A stretch of 64,000 nucleotides of DNA from Candidatus Omnitrophota bacterium (GTDB lineage: Bacteria > Omnitrophota > Gorgyraeia > Zapsychrales > JBAZNR01), in assembly GCA_041649175.1 (NCBI GenBank), contig JBAZNR010000001.1, positions 7,461 through 71,460 of the forward strand, given 5' to 3'. Each line of letters begins with the position of its first letter. Positions within the stretch are counted from its first letter, which is position 1. Below are positions 19,704 through 28,370 of the stretch, piece after piece. Position numbers and translations under genes: made by a program. The notes under the pieces were generated by a model. That model was not told the origin of the DNA, did not search any database, and was given only the letters and a program-made list of their open reading frames with translations.

Positions 19704-20288
19704 TTATTTCTTATCGTTTTCTAAAACCGCGCTATCCCGAAGATCTAAAGCAGCTCCATTGATTTCTTCGTCGGGAAAGAATTTTTTGACCAAACCGTTG
19801 AAAGAAACTTCATAAATCTTCGGTGACAATGAAAGCAGGCGTTCTCCGGTTAAAGATTTATCAATGTTCTTTTTGAAGTATTCGACTCCGGTCACGGTTA
19901 AGAATAAAAGTGTCAGGCTGCACAATAAAAGCGCGCGAACAACAGACAAAACAAGCCCGCCCCAACGATCAAGAACGGAATGCGCTTCGATATGAAGCAG
20001 CATTAAGAAACCATCGCGCAAAAATTTGAAAACAACCATAACAATGACCCATAAAGATCCAAACGCGATGAACTCTGCCACGCTTAAGGATAAGTGTATT
20101 TTTTCGTTTAGAAAATCGGCAAGCTTTGTATAATAGTGAAGTGAAATGAAAATGGAGGAGACAACAGCTAATAATTTAAATAACTCGGTGACAAACCCGT
20201 TCTTGATCCCGATGTAAATAATCCTTACGGCAATAAGCCCCACCAAAATGTCGATCCAATTGAGGCTTTTTATGATTTCAGTAGGCAT
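19704..20288 (-). CDS. cvpA: CvpA-family membrane protein (colicin V production protein homologue)
   Basis: 194 aa. N-terminal NWIDILVGLIAVRIIYIGIKNGFVTELFKL and 4 TM helices. Confidence 0.8.
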   Translation of the reverse strand: MPTEIIKSLNWIDILVGLIAVRIIYIGIKNGFVTELFKLLAVVSSIFISLHYYTKLADFLNEKIHLSLSVAEFIAFGSLWVIVMVVFKFLRDGFLMLLHIEAHSVLDRWGGLVLSVVRALLLCSLTLLFLTVTGVEYFKKNIDKSLTGERLLSLSPKIYEVSFNGLVKKFFPDEEINGAALDLRDSAVLENDKK

Positions 20289-20457
20289 TTTTTCGGAATT
20301 TTATTTAAATTTTTATTTTGAAACGCTAAAGTATAACACACGCCCCTAGCAGTGTCAAGGAAACGCTTCCTCGGAAAACTGGGAATACATTAATCATAAC
20401 ATATTGAAAATAATAATGTTACAATCTACGTAAAACACGACAAAAGCAAAGCTAATC

Positions 20458-21714
20458 TTGACAACACCCCCAAGAAGTGCTATCTTTCCTTTCATGAACT
20501 CTGAGGCTCTTAAAAGCGAAGAAAACAACGAAGAAAACAATATTCAGGGCTTACAAGAAGATTTGATGAGTGCGCGTAAAGAATTATCTATTCTTTATGA
20601 TGTCAGCAATGCCATGCGCACGACCCTCGAACTCAATCACATCCTCTATATCATCCTTACCGGCGTCACCTCTCATGCGGGGCTTGGATTTAACCGCGCC
20701 ATTCTTTTTCTTGCCAATAAAAAAGAACGTATCCTGGAAGGAAAAATGGTGATCGGCCCCGAATCGGGAGAAGACGCCAACAAAATATGGAAATCCATTG
20801 AGGCAGAAAACAAAGACATGGATGACCTTATTTCCGTCTACCAAAGCTCAAAACAAGCCATTGAGTCGCGGTTTAACCAAGAGATCAAAAAGTTGAAGAT
20901 CCCGCTAAATATGGAAACCGGCGGCTTATTGGCATCCGCATATTTTCAAGGAAAACCGCTTAATATTCACAGCAATGAAATATCAAAATATGCCAGCGAT
21001 CCTTTATTAAGTGTTTTTAAAACAAACGAGCTGGTCATTATGCCTCTTAAGGCAAAAGATAAAGTCAATGGGATTATCATCGCCGACAATCTTTTTACTC
21101 GAAAACCCATCACCGAAAATGATCTTAAAATATTCATGATGCTCGCTAACCAAGCCGGGCTTGCCATTGAAAATTCTCAACTCTACGAGCTCGTTGTTCA
21201 CAAAAGTCATACCGATTCTTTAACGAGTTTATGGAATCACGGTTTTTTTCAAGATACACTCGTCCTGGAGATCGAAAAGGCACGGCAAAACAATGCTCAT
21301 GTCGGCATTGTCATTATTGATGTGGATAATTTTAAGAAATTAAATGACACTTGGGGGCATCAAAACGGAGATGTTGTTTTGACTGAACTCGCGAAGATCT
21401 TAAAGGATTCTTCCAGGGAAAATGATTATATGTGCCGATACGGCGGCGAGGAATTTTCCATTATCCTGACTCAAACAAACCGCGAACAAGCTTATTTTAT
21501 TGCCGAACGTCTGCGGGAAAGGATCGCTCAATACAACTTCCCAAAATTTTCTTCCGAGAATTTCTTAAAGTTAACGGTCAGCGTCGGTGTTGCCGCCTTC
21601 CCAGAAGACGCGCACACCAAAGAAGATTTAGTGATGAAGGCTGACCGCGCGATGTACACGGCCAAATTCATCGGTAAGAATAAAACCTGCGTTCCTGAAC
21701 CAGAAAATCCTTAA
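20458..21714 (+). CDS. GAF-domain diguanylate cyclase (GGDEF)
   Basis: Central GAF-like region; C-terminal GGDEF domain with an intact active site RYGGEEFSIIL and an upstream DxD (IIDVDNFKKLND). The track start at 20458 is a TTG; an in-frame ATG at 20494 (MNSEALK) may be the real start. Confidence 0.85.
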   Translation: MTTPPRSAIFPFMNSEALKSEENNEENNIQGLQEDLMSARKELSILYDVSNAMRTTLELNHILYIILTGVTSHAGLGFNRAILFLANKKERILEGKMVIGPESGEDANKIWKSIEAENKDMDDLISVYQSSKQAIESRFNQEIKKLKIPLNMETGGLLASAYFQGKPLNIHSNEISKYASDPLLSVFKTNELVIMPLKAKDKVNGIIIADNLFTRKPITENDLKIFMMLANQAGLAIENSQLYELVVHKSHTDSLTSLWNHGFFQDTLVLEIEKARQNNAHVGIVIIDVDNFKKLNDTWGHQNGDVVLTELAKILKDSSRENDYMCRYGGEEFSIILTQTNREQAYFIAERLRERIAQYNFPKFSSENFLKLTVSVGVAAFPEDAHTKEDLVMKADRAMYTAKFIGKNKTCVPEPENP

Positions 21715-24700
21715 GCGACCGCGACAGGGTCTTCCTGCCTTGCTTCTTTCTGTTCATCATCCGCAAATTTAACCGAAACGATCTTTGAGATCCCTGTTTC
21801 TTGCATGGTAATGCCATACATAACATTGGCATTAACAATGGTCTTTTTATTATGCGTAATGACGATAAACTGCGATATTTTGGCAAAATCTTTGAGGAGA
21901 TAACCAAATCGGCCGACATTCGATTCGTCCAAGGCCGCGTCAATTTCGTCTAAAATACAGAACGGACTAGGCCGGACCTTAAACACGCCAAAGATAAGCG
22001 CGATGGCCGCTAAGGTTTTCTCTCCGCCGGATAAAAGGCTGATACCCTGCAATTTTTTCCCGGGAGGCCTGGCGATGATTTCAATACCGGATTCCAAAAC
22101 GTTTTCCGGGTCAACCAAAACAAGCTGAGCTTCCCCGCCGCCAAATAACATTCTAAAATAGATCCTGAATTCCTCACTAACTTTTGTAAATGTGTCTAAG
22201 AATAACTGGCGCGTTGTGCGGTTGATCTTTCCGATCGTATCTTGCAGTGATTCTTTGGCTGTTAATAGATCACTTTGCTGCTTTGTTAAGAATTCGAAAC
22301 GTTGGCGCAGTTCATCAAATTCTTCAATAGCGACCAAATTAACAGTCCCATAAGAATCACATTTTTGTTTTAAGCGCTCTATTTCACTGGCCAAGGCATC
22401 CGGTGTTAAAACCGGTTGTTCTGCGGCTGGTTCCGTGCTTTGCGCGTCTGCCAGTAACGAGGCATCAACCGGCGGCAGTTCGTCGAAATTGATTTTATAC
22501 GCTTGGAGAAGCCTGTCTTTAATGCTTTTTTCTTTATAGGAGATCTCTTGCTCTTTCATCTGATGACCATGGCGGACATCATGGATTTCTTCAACATCTT
22601 TTTGCACTTTATCAATGCCCTGACGAATTGTACCAACCTGCACTAACACTTTCGCCTTTTGCTCTTCAGATTCGCTCAGTGCTTTTTTAAGCGATTCACC
22701 TTTCAGATTTAACTGCGTGATCTCTTCTTTGAGTGTTTCGATCCCTTGAGCAAACTCGGCTTTCTTTACTTTTTGCGATTCTTTTTCTTCTTCTAACTTT
22801 TTAATTTCTCCCAGGCCGCTTTCCAATTCCTCTTCAAACATGGTTAAGTTTTCTTGCTCGCTTTTCTCTTTATCTTGGGCTGATTCGATTTCTGTTTCCA
22901 GCTGAGCAATAGCAACGGTCGTATCTTCTTTTTCTTGAGACTTAACCGCGATAGCATCTTGTCGTTCTTTGATTTGATTTTGATAGGATTGAATTCCTTG
23001 TTCGATCGTTTCTAACTGTAAAGCTAACTCGTCTTCTTTGGTCTTCAAGGAAGCAACTGTGCTCCTGACTTCCCGGATCTCTTCCGTCACCAAGTCTAAT
23101 TCTCCGACAAGCTTGCTTTCTTCTTGAAGGATATTGTTCTTTTGCGCGTCATAACTTGAGAAAACTTTTTCTAGATCATGAATAGCCGAAACCAACTGAG
23201 CTATTGCCTCTTCTTGAGCTTTGATCTCAGATAAAAGTAAACCTTTAGCTTGATTTTTTTCCTCGATCTCTCGGGAAAGCTCATCAATACGCGCGGTGAT
23301 CTTTTCCGGATCCAGCTCGATAAATTTCATCTCGCAGATTACTTCCCAAAGCTGGTTGGTATTGATCTGAGTAAAATGATTCTTCAAATCGCCTGTTTTC
23401 TGAGGATCGACCAACCGGGCCTGTTTAACTTTCCCGATAATACCTTTAAGATTTTCTAAAGGAACGGCGTTCGTTAAAAGCGTTCCCTCAACCACGGGAT
23501 CAGGCATATCTTGATACTGAACGCGTAACTCTTCAATAAATTGCCTTTGGGAAATTAAAGAGAGTTTCTTTTTCTCCAGATTGTTAACTAACTCTTCTAT
23601 TTCGGTAAATCTCCCCTTGGTCGCATCCAAGTCTCTATTTCTATTTTGGCGCTCTTCTTCTAAATTCTTGATCTTGCCGGTACACTCTTCGATCTGGCTG
23701 AGAATATTCCTTAATTTGCTATCGATCTCTTCTTTCTCAGAAATAACTTTGGCATTTTCGAGCTCTAAGCGGCGTTTACGCGCTAAAGCATTCTGAAATT
23801 CCTTCATCACCTCGGTGACCTGGTTTTTAACCGCGACTTGCTGAACATTCAAATTAAGGATCTCTTCTTCGGCTTTACGGATGGAATCTTTGGCTTCCCG
23901 GATCGCTTCCGCCACCAGATGCAAAGAGTCTTTTTTCTCGCCTAAGGTTTTCATATTTTCGATCAAGGAAGTTTTGAGAAAAGAAAGGGCGTTTTTTAGC
24001 GCTTCGATTTTCTCCTGCTGCATACGGCAACGCGCCGACAATTGCTCTCTTTGCTGTTCAAAGCGGGCTTCATTAGAAAGAATATTGGCAATACGCTCCT
24101 CATTAAAACCGATCTGCTTATTATTCATCGCGACTTGATTTTCCAGCTTCAGATCATCGGCATAGATTTGATCGATCGCTTGTTCGAACTTCGCGATCAA
24201 GGCTTCCTGTTCGCTTAGACTGCTATTTAATTTTTCTAGTTCAGCATTTAATTGGTTTTCTTGGTCTTGAAGCCCGCTCACCAAACGATTGATCTCTTCT
24301 TTTTCTGAATTGAACTGGCTGATCTGATAGGTAGCGAACTTAACTTCAAATATCTTAAGTTTTTCTAACTCATCTTTGTAGCGGCGAGCTTTATTGGCCT
24401 GACGCTCCAAAGAGCCTATCTGGCGCTTAACTTCAACAATGATGTCATTAATGCGCAATAAATTATCATCCGTGTCTTTTAGCTTGTTTAAAGCTTCACG
24501 TTTTTTGGACTTATACTTTGTAATGCCGGCCGCTTCATCAATGATAATTCTTCTGTCTTCCGGACGAGCACTGACGATCAGGTCAACTTTTCCCTGCTGG
24601 ATCAATGAATAAGCTTCCGCGCCAATACCGGTTCCCATAAATAATTCCAAAATGTCCTTAAGGCGAACTACAGATTTATTAAGAAGGTACTCGCTTTCTC

Positions 24701-25022
24701 CGGAACGAAACAAACGCCGCGTGACCGTTACTTCATCGTATTCGGTTGGTAACATCCGCGATTCATTAGAAAATGTCAAGCTCACTTCGGCAAACCCAAG
24801 CCCTGATTTTTTGTCGGTTCCGTTAAAAATAACATCATCCATCGATGCCCCGCGCAGCTCTTTAACGCTTTGTTCACCTAAAACCCAGCGGATAGAATCG
24901 AAGATATTGCTCTTTCCGCAGCCATTAGGCCCGACGATCGCCGTAATACCGGGTTCAAAATTAAGAATCGTTTTATCGGCAAAAGACTTGAATCCGAAGA
25001 TTTCGAGCCGTTTAAAATACAT
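21711..25022 (-). CDS. smc: Chromosome partition protein Smc
   Basis: 1103 aa. Walker A FEPGITAIVGPNGCGKSN, long coiled coils and hinge, and a C-terminal signature/Walker B (LSGGEKTLAAIALIFG...ILDEIDAALD). Confidence 0.95.
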   Translation of the reverse strand: MYFKRLEIFGFKSFADKTILNFEPGITAIVGPNGCGKSNIFDSIRWVLGEQSVKELRGASMDDVIFNGTDKKSGLGFAEVSLTFSNESRMLPTEYDEVTVTRRLFRSGESEYLLNKSVVRLKDILELFMGTGIGAEAYSLIQQGKVDLIVSARPEDRRIIIDEAAGITKYKSKKREALNKLKDTDDNLLRINDIIVEVKRQIGSLERQANKARRYKDELEKLKIFEVKFATYQISQFNSEKEEINRLVSGLQDQENQLNAELEKLNSSLSEQEALIAKFEQAIDQIYADDLKLENQVAMNNKQIGFNEERIANILSNEARFEQQREQLSARCRMQQEKIEALKNALSFLKTSLIENMKTLGEKKDSLHLVAEAIREAKDSIRKAEEEILNLNVQQVAVKNQVTEVMKEFQNALARKRRLELENAKVISEKEEIDSKLRNILSQIEECTGKIKNLEEERQNRNRDLDATKGRFTEIEELVNNLEKKKLSLISQRQFIEELRVQYQDMPDPVVEGTLLTNAVPLENLKGIIGKVKQARLVDPQKTGDLKNHFTQINTNQLWEVICEMKFIELDPEKITARIDELSREIEEKNQAKGLLLSEIKAQEEAIAQLVSAIHDLEKVFSSYDAQKNNILQEESKLVGELDLVTEEIREVRSTVASLKTKEDELALQLETIEQGIQSYQNQIKERQDAIAVKSQEKEDTTVAIAQLETEIESAQDKEKSEQENLTMFEEELESGLGEIKKLEEEKESQKVKKAEFAQGIETLKEEITQLNLKGESLKKALSESEEQKAKVLVQVGTIRQGIDKVQKDVEEIHDVRHGHQMKEQEISYKEKSIKDRLLQAYKINFDELPPVDASLLADAQSTEPAAEQPVLTPDALASEIERLKQKCDSYGTVNLVAIEEFDELRQRFEFLTKQQSDLLTAKESLQDTIGKINRTTRQLFLDTFTKVSEEFRIYFRMLFGGGEAQLVLVDPENVLESGIEIIARPPGKKLQGISLLSGGEKTLAAIALIFGVFKVRPSPFCILDEIDAALDESNVGRFGYLLKDFAKISQFIVITHNKKTIVNANVMYGITMQETGISKIVSVKFADDEQKEARQEDPVAVA

Positions 25023-25064
25023 GAGAATTCCTCCCGTTGGTTAATTTTTAAATTTATAAGATCT

Positions 25065-25328
25065 TTACTTCTTACTTACAAGTAATTCTTTCACAATAGA
25101 AACTGTTTTGTTCAAGCTTGTAAATTTTGGCAACATATCTTCGGGGATCACAACGCGATATTTTTTTTCGATCGCCGCTAAGATCTCTAGCGCCATCATT
25201 GAATCCATCCCTAGGTCTTTCACGAAACTTGCATCGCCGTCGATCGAGGCGGGTTCCGTCTCTAAAACTTCCGCGACTAATTCTCGCATATCTTTTTCGA
25301 CATTAACCTTTGCCCCTGCATCTGCCAT
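25065..25328 (-). CDS. Acyl carrier protein-like protein (non-canonical ACP)
   Basis: About 88 aa. Phosphopantetheine-attachment motif DLGMDSMMALEI. RBS AGGAGA 7 nt upstream of the ATG at 25328. The track ORF start at 25373 would overlap the upstream HTH gene. Confidence 0.75.
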   Translation of the reverse strand: MADAGAKVNVEKDMRELVAEVLETEPASIDGDASFVKDLGMDSMMALEILAAIEKKYRVVIPEDMLPKFTSLNKTVSIVKELLVSKK

Positions 25329-25341
25329 ACAATATTCTCCT

Positions 25342-25515
25342 TTAGTTTTGTTCGCTCTCCAACCAAGCGTCAATACGGTCTTTTTTAAACCGCCACTGAC
25401 CGACCGTTTTTATCGCCGGTATCTTGCCTTTTTTGAGCCACTCATAGATAGTCCTCTTCTTGACTCGAAGATAAGCAGCGACTTCCTCAATTGTCATTAA
25501 GCTTTCGTAGATCAT
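25342..25515 (-). CDS. Small excisionase-family (MerR-superfamily) helix-turn-helix DNA-binding protein
   Basis: My own translation: M(IYESLM)TIEEVAAYLRVKKRTIYEWLKKGKIPAIKTVGQWRFKKDRIDAWLESEQN. Matches the LTIEEVAxYLxVSxxTIYxWxxxGxIPxxKxGxxWRF excisionase/AlpA-type HTH consensus. Alternative start at 25497. Not in the ORF track (<60 aa). Confidence 0.6.
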   Translation of the reverse strand: MIYESLMTIEEVAAYLRVKKRTIYEWLKKGKIPAIKTVGQWRFKKDRIDAWLESEQN

Positions 25516-25556
25516 TTTTCCGTTTTCAAAAATTGTTAAAAATCACTGTAAAGTAA

Positions 25557-25602
25557 TTTACAATTTATTACATTCCTTTACATATGTCAATATTTTTTAC
25601 AT
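25557..25602. repeat. Helically phased TTACA (TGTAA on minus) direct repeats overlapping a predicted promoter for the HTH gene
   Basis: TTACA occurs at 25558, 25568 and 25578 (10-bp phase) and at 25597. Minus-strand -35 TTGACA (25590-25585) and -10 TAAATT (25567-25562), 17-nt spacer. Lies in a 270-bp AT-rich intergenic region. Confidence 0.4.
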
Positions 25603-25768
25603 TTTTTTTCACTATTTATCGGTAAAGATGATAACACGACATAATCGAACATTAAAATACTGTTTAATGTGATTTTATACTTTTTGTTACCGACGAGAAA
25701 TAAGAGGAACGGGAGGAAAATAGCAGATAATTCGGAAGAATAATGCTAAAGAAGAAATACTAAAAAAA

Positions 25769-26953
25769 TTATTCGAACTGCGGATCCGCGTCAACATCAG
25801 CAGAATAATCAACATCTTTGAAGCCGAACCCAAAAAGTTTTAGAAAATCTTGCCGATAGCCTTCGATGTCAGAAATCTTTTCGACATTTCCTGTGCTGAC
25901 AACGCTCCAAAGCTTGGCTACTTCGGCTTGAACATCATCACGCATTTCTAGATCATCAACACGAATGCGTCCTTGGTCATCGACAGGAACAGAAGTTCCG
26001 TTGTAAAGCCTTTGTGAAAAAAGCCGGTACATTTGTTCAATGCACCCTTCATGAATATTTTTCTCTTTCATGATCCGATTCAATAAAATAAAATACAAAG
26101 GAATGAACGGAATAGCTGAGCTGGATTGAGTTACTAATGCCTTATTAACAGAAATAAAAGCTCTTCCGTTGTTTTTCTTGAGGCGCTCATCGAGTTTTTT
26201 GGCAGTTGCCTCTAGATGATCTTTCGCCGCGCCGATCGTTCCGTTACGATAAACGGGGCGCGTAACATCCGGCCCTATATAAGAGTACGCGACACTCATG
26301 GCGCCATTAGCAAGAACGCCTCCCGCATCAAGGGCATCGATCCACATTTCCCAATCTTCCCCGCCCATCACAGAAACGGTTTGGCGCACTTCGTCTTCTG
26401 TCGCAGATTCAAGGCTCACATCAATAATCTCTCCTGTTTCAAAATCAATAGATTTATTGGTGTATCTAGGGCCTACTGGTTTTAAAGCAGACTTAGCCGT
26501 TAATCCTGTCTTAGGATGTGTCCGTCGGGGCGAAGCGAGGCTGTAAATAACAAGATCCACAGTCCCAAGATTTTTTTTGATAGCATCAACAGCTTGTTGT
26601 TTGATCTCGTCAGAGAAAGCATCTCCGTTAATGCTTTTCGAATACAATCCTTGAGCCTTAGAAAACTTATCAAAAGCGATCGAATTATACCAACCAGCTG
26701 TGGCCGTACGCTTATTTTCGGCCGGACGCTCATAAAAAACACCGACGCTTGCCGCTTGACAGCCAAAGGCCGCAACAATTCGTGATGCCAAGCCAAAACC
26801 CGTGGAAGCCCCGACCACCAAAACTTTTTTGGGCCCGTTTTTGATGGGAAGATTTTTCTTAACATAATCAATTTGCTCTTGAACATGCCGAGCGCAACCT
26901 TGAGGGTGAGCTGTCGTGCAAATAAATCCGCGAATTTTAGGCTGGATGATCAT
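25769..26953 (-). CDS. fabV: trans-2-enoyl-ACP/CoA reductase (NADH), FabV/TER family
   Basis: 394 aa. N-terminal MIIQPKIRGFICTTAHPQGCARHVQEQIDYV and GASTGFGLASRI dinucleotide motif, typical of FabV. Confidence 0.9.
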   Translation of the reverse strand: MIIQPKIRGFICTTAHPQGCARHVQEQIDYVKKNLPIKNGPKKVLVVGASTGFGLASRIVAAFGCQAASVGVFYERPAENKRTATAGWYNSIAFDKFSKAQGLYSKSINGDAFSDEIKQQAVDAIKKNLGTVDLVIYSLASPRRTHPKTGLTAKSALKPVGPRYTNKSIDFETGEIIDVSLESATEDEVRQTVSVMGGEDWEMWIDALDAGGVLANGAMSVAYSYIGPDVTRPVYRNGTIGAAKDHLEATAKKLDERLKKNNGRAFISVNKALVTQSSSAIPFIPLYFILLNRIMKEKNIHEGCIEQMYRLFSQRLYNGTSVPVDDQGRIRVDDLEMRDDVQAEVAKLWSVVSTGNVEKISDIEGYRQDFLKLFGFGFKDVDYSADVDADPQFE

Positions 26954-27031
26954 TTTGATAATGCTCTCTCGTGTTTTTTGTGCTTTCCATTTTTTCTTAA
27001 AAAATGGAAAGCACTATTTGTTATTTAAGAC

Positions 27032-28240
27032 CTACAAAGACGTTTTTTTAGCAACCATGACAATGCCGGAAGTCGTCACGTCAAAGCGCTTCTTATCTAA
27101 TTCCAGGTCAAAACCGACCTCGGCGTATGGCGGAATTGTTACTTCTTTATCAATAATAGCATTTTTTATTTTTGCATTCTTTCCGACGACAACACTTTCC
27201 ATTAAGATCGATTCGGAGACAACAGCCCCCTCTTCAATTCTCACATTCGATGATAAAACTGACTTGGTAACTTTAGCGCCGATAATAACGCATCCGCCGC
27301 CAACTAAAGAGTCCAGGACAACGCCCTGATTTGTCTCCGAATCTCCGTTAACGATCTTGATCGGAGGATACTGTTCATGAAATGTGCGCACCGGCCAGGA
27401 CTTATCATAAAGCGTAATGGCAGAGTCGGGCTTGACCAGATCCATATTGGCTTGATAATAAGCATCGCGGGTCCCGATATCACGCCAATATTTCGACTTA
27501 TTATTTTCATCAACAAAATTATACGCGTAAACTTTGCGTTTTTTACTGATCATCTGCGGGATAATATCTTTTCCGAAATCATGGCCGGAGTTAAGCTTCG
27601 CGTCAATACCAAGTTCTTCAAACAAAACTTCTTTGTTGAATAAATAAATCCCCATCGAGGCTACGATCTTCGATGGGTCCCCCGGGATTGTTTTAGGCTC
27701 TCGTGGTTTCTCTTGAAACCCGCAAACCCGCCATTTTTTATCAACTTCAACAACGCCAAACCCAACTGCCGTTTCTCTGGGAGCTTCAACGCAAGCAACC
27801 GTCATATCCGCATCCATGGATTGATGCTGTTCGATCATTTTCCGATAATCCATCTTGTAAATATGATCACCCGCAAGAATCAACACCAGCTTGGGGTCAC
27901 AATCCTGGATGGCGTAAATATTCTGATAGATCGCGTCGGCTGTTCCTTTATACCAATCATCGCCGATACGCTGTTGAGGCGGAATAACATCAATAAATTC
28001 TCCCAGCTGAGTGGAAACAATATCCCACCCCGAAAGAATGTGTTTTTGCAAAGAAAAAGACTTATACTGGATCAAAACAAAAATACGGCGCAACCCGGAG
28101 TTGATACAATTGCTAAGGGTAAAATCAACGATGCGGTAAATACCGCCGAACGGAACCGCCGGCTTAGCACGGTCACGCGTTAAAGGATGAAGCCTTTCGC
28201 CTTTACCGCCAGCCAAAATAAATGTTAAAACTTCACGCAT
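27032..28240 (-). CDS. glgC: Glucose-1-phosphate adenylyltransferase
   Basis: ILAGGKGERLHPLTRDRAKPAVPFGGIYRIVDFTLSNCINSG nucleotidyltransferase region plus a C-terminal left-handed beta-helix. Confidence 0.9.
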   Translation of the reverse strand: MREVLTFILAGGKGERLHPLTRDRAKPAVPFGGIYRIVDFTLSNCINSGLRRIFVLIQYKSFSLQKHILSGWDIVSTQLGEFIDVIPPQQRIGDDWYKGTADAIYQNIYAIQDCDPKLVLILAGDHIYKMDYRKMIEQHQSMDADMTVACVEAPRETAVGFGVVEVDKKWRVCGFQEKPREPKTIPGDPSKIVASMGIYLFNKEVLFEELGIDAKLNSGHDFGKDIIPQMISKKRKVYAYNFVDENNKSKYWRDIGTRDAYYQANMDLVKPDSAITLYDKSWPVRTFHEQYPPIKIVNGDSETNQGVVLDSLVGGGCVIIGAKVTKSVLSSNVRIEEGAVVSESILMESVVVGKNAKIKNAIIDKEVTIPPYAEVGFDLELDKKRFDVTTSGIVMVAKKTSL

Positions 28241-28370
28241 ATGAATAAATCCTCGTAGCTTTTAGAAATCCAACAATGAGAACATATTATACGTCTTCAT
28301 TTCCTAATTTTCAATAGTTGAAAAATCACCAAAAAATAAGCGCCATCTGTATGCTATCAAAACTTAAAGA

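Noticed and set aside
25342-25768. Possible prophage/mobile-element remnant suggested by an excisionase-family HTH next to an AT-rich region, and by tRNA genes at 12.6-12.9 kb
   Set aside because: No integrase, transposase, direct repeats flanking a tRNA 3' end, or phage structural genes were found anywhere in the window. The HTH is more simply a small regulator.
25498-25768. AT-rich 270-bp region considered as a CRISPR leader/array or small RNA gene
   Set aside because: There is no repeat-spacer periodicity of 28-37 nt and no cas genes. Only short phased pentamers, consistent with a promoter/operator, were seen.
26916-27329. Plus-strand ORFs antisense to glgC, pgk (37264..38013), the DegT gene (48383..48955), smc (several), and Wzy/GT genes (60390..61077)
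   Set aside because: All are embedded antisense in strongly supported CDSs, with low-complexity translations and no RBS or promoter. They are treated as spurious.
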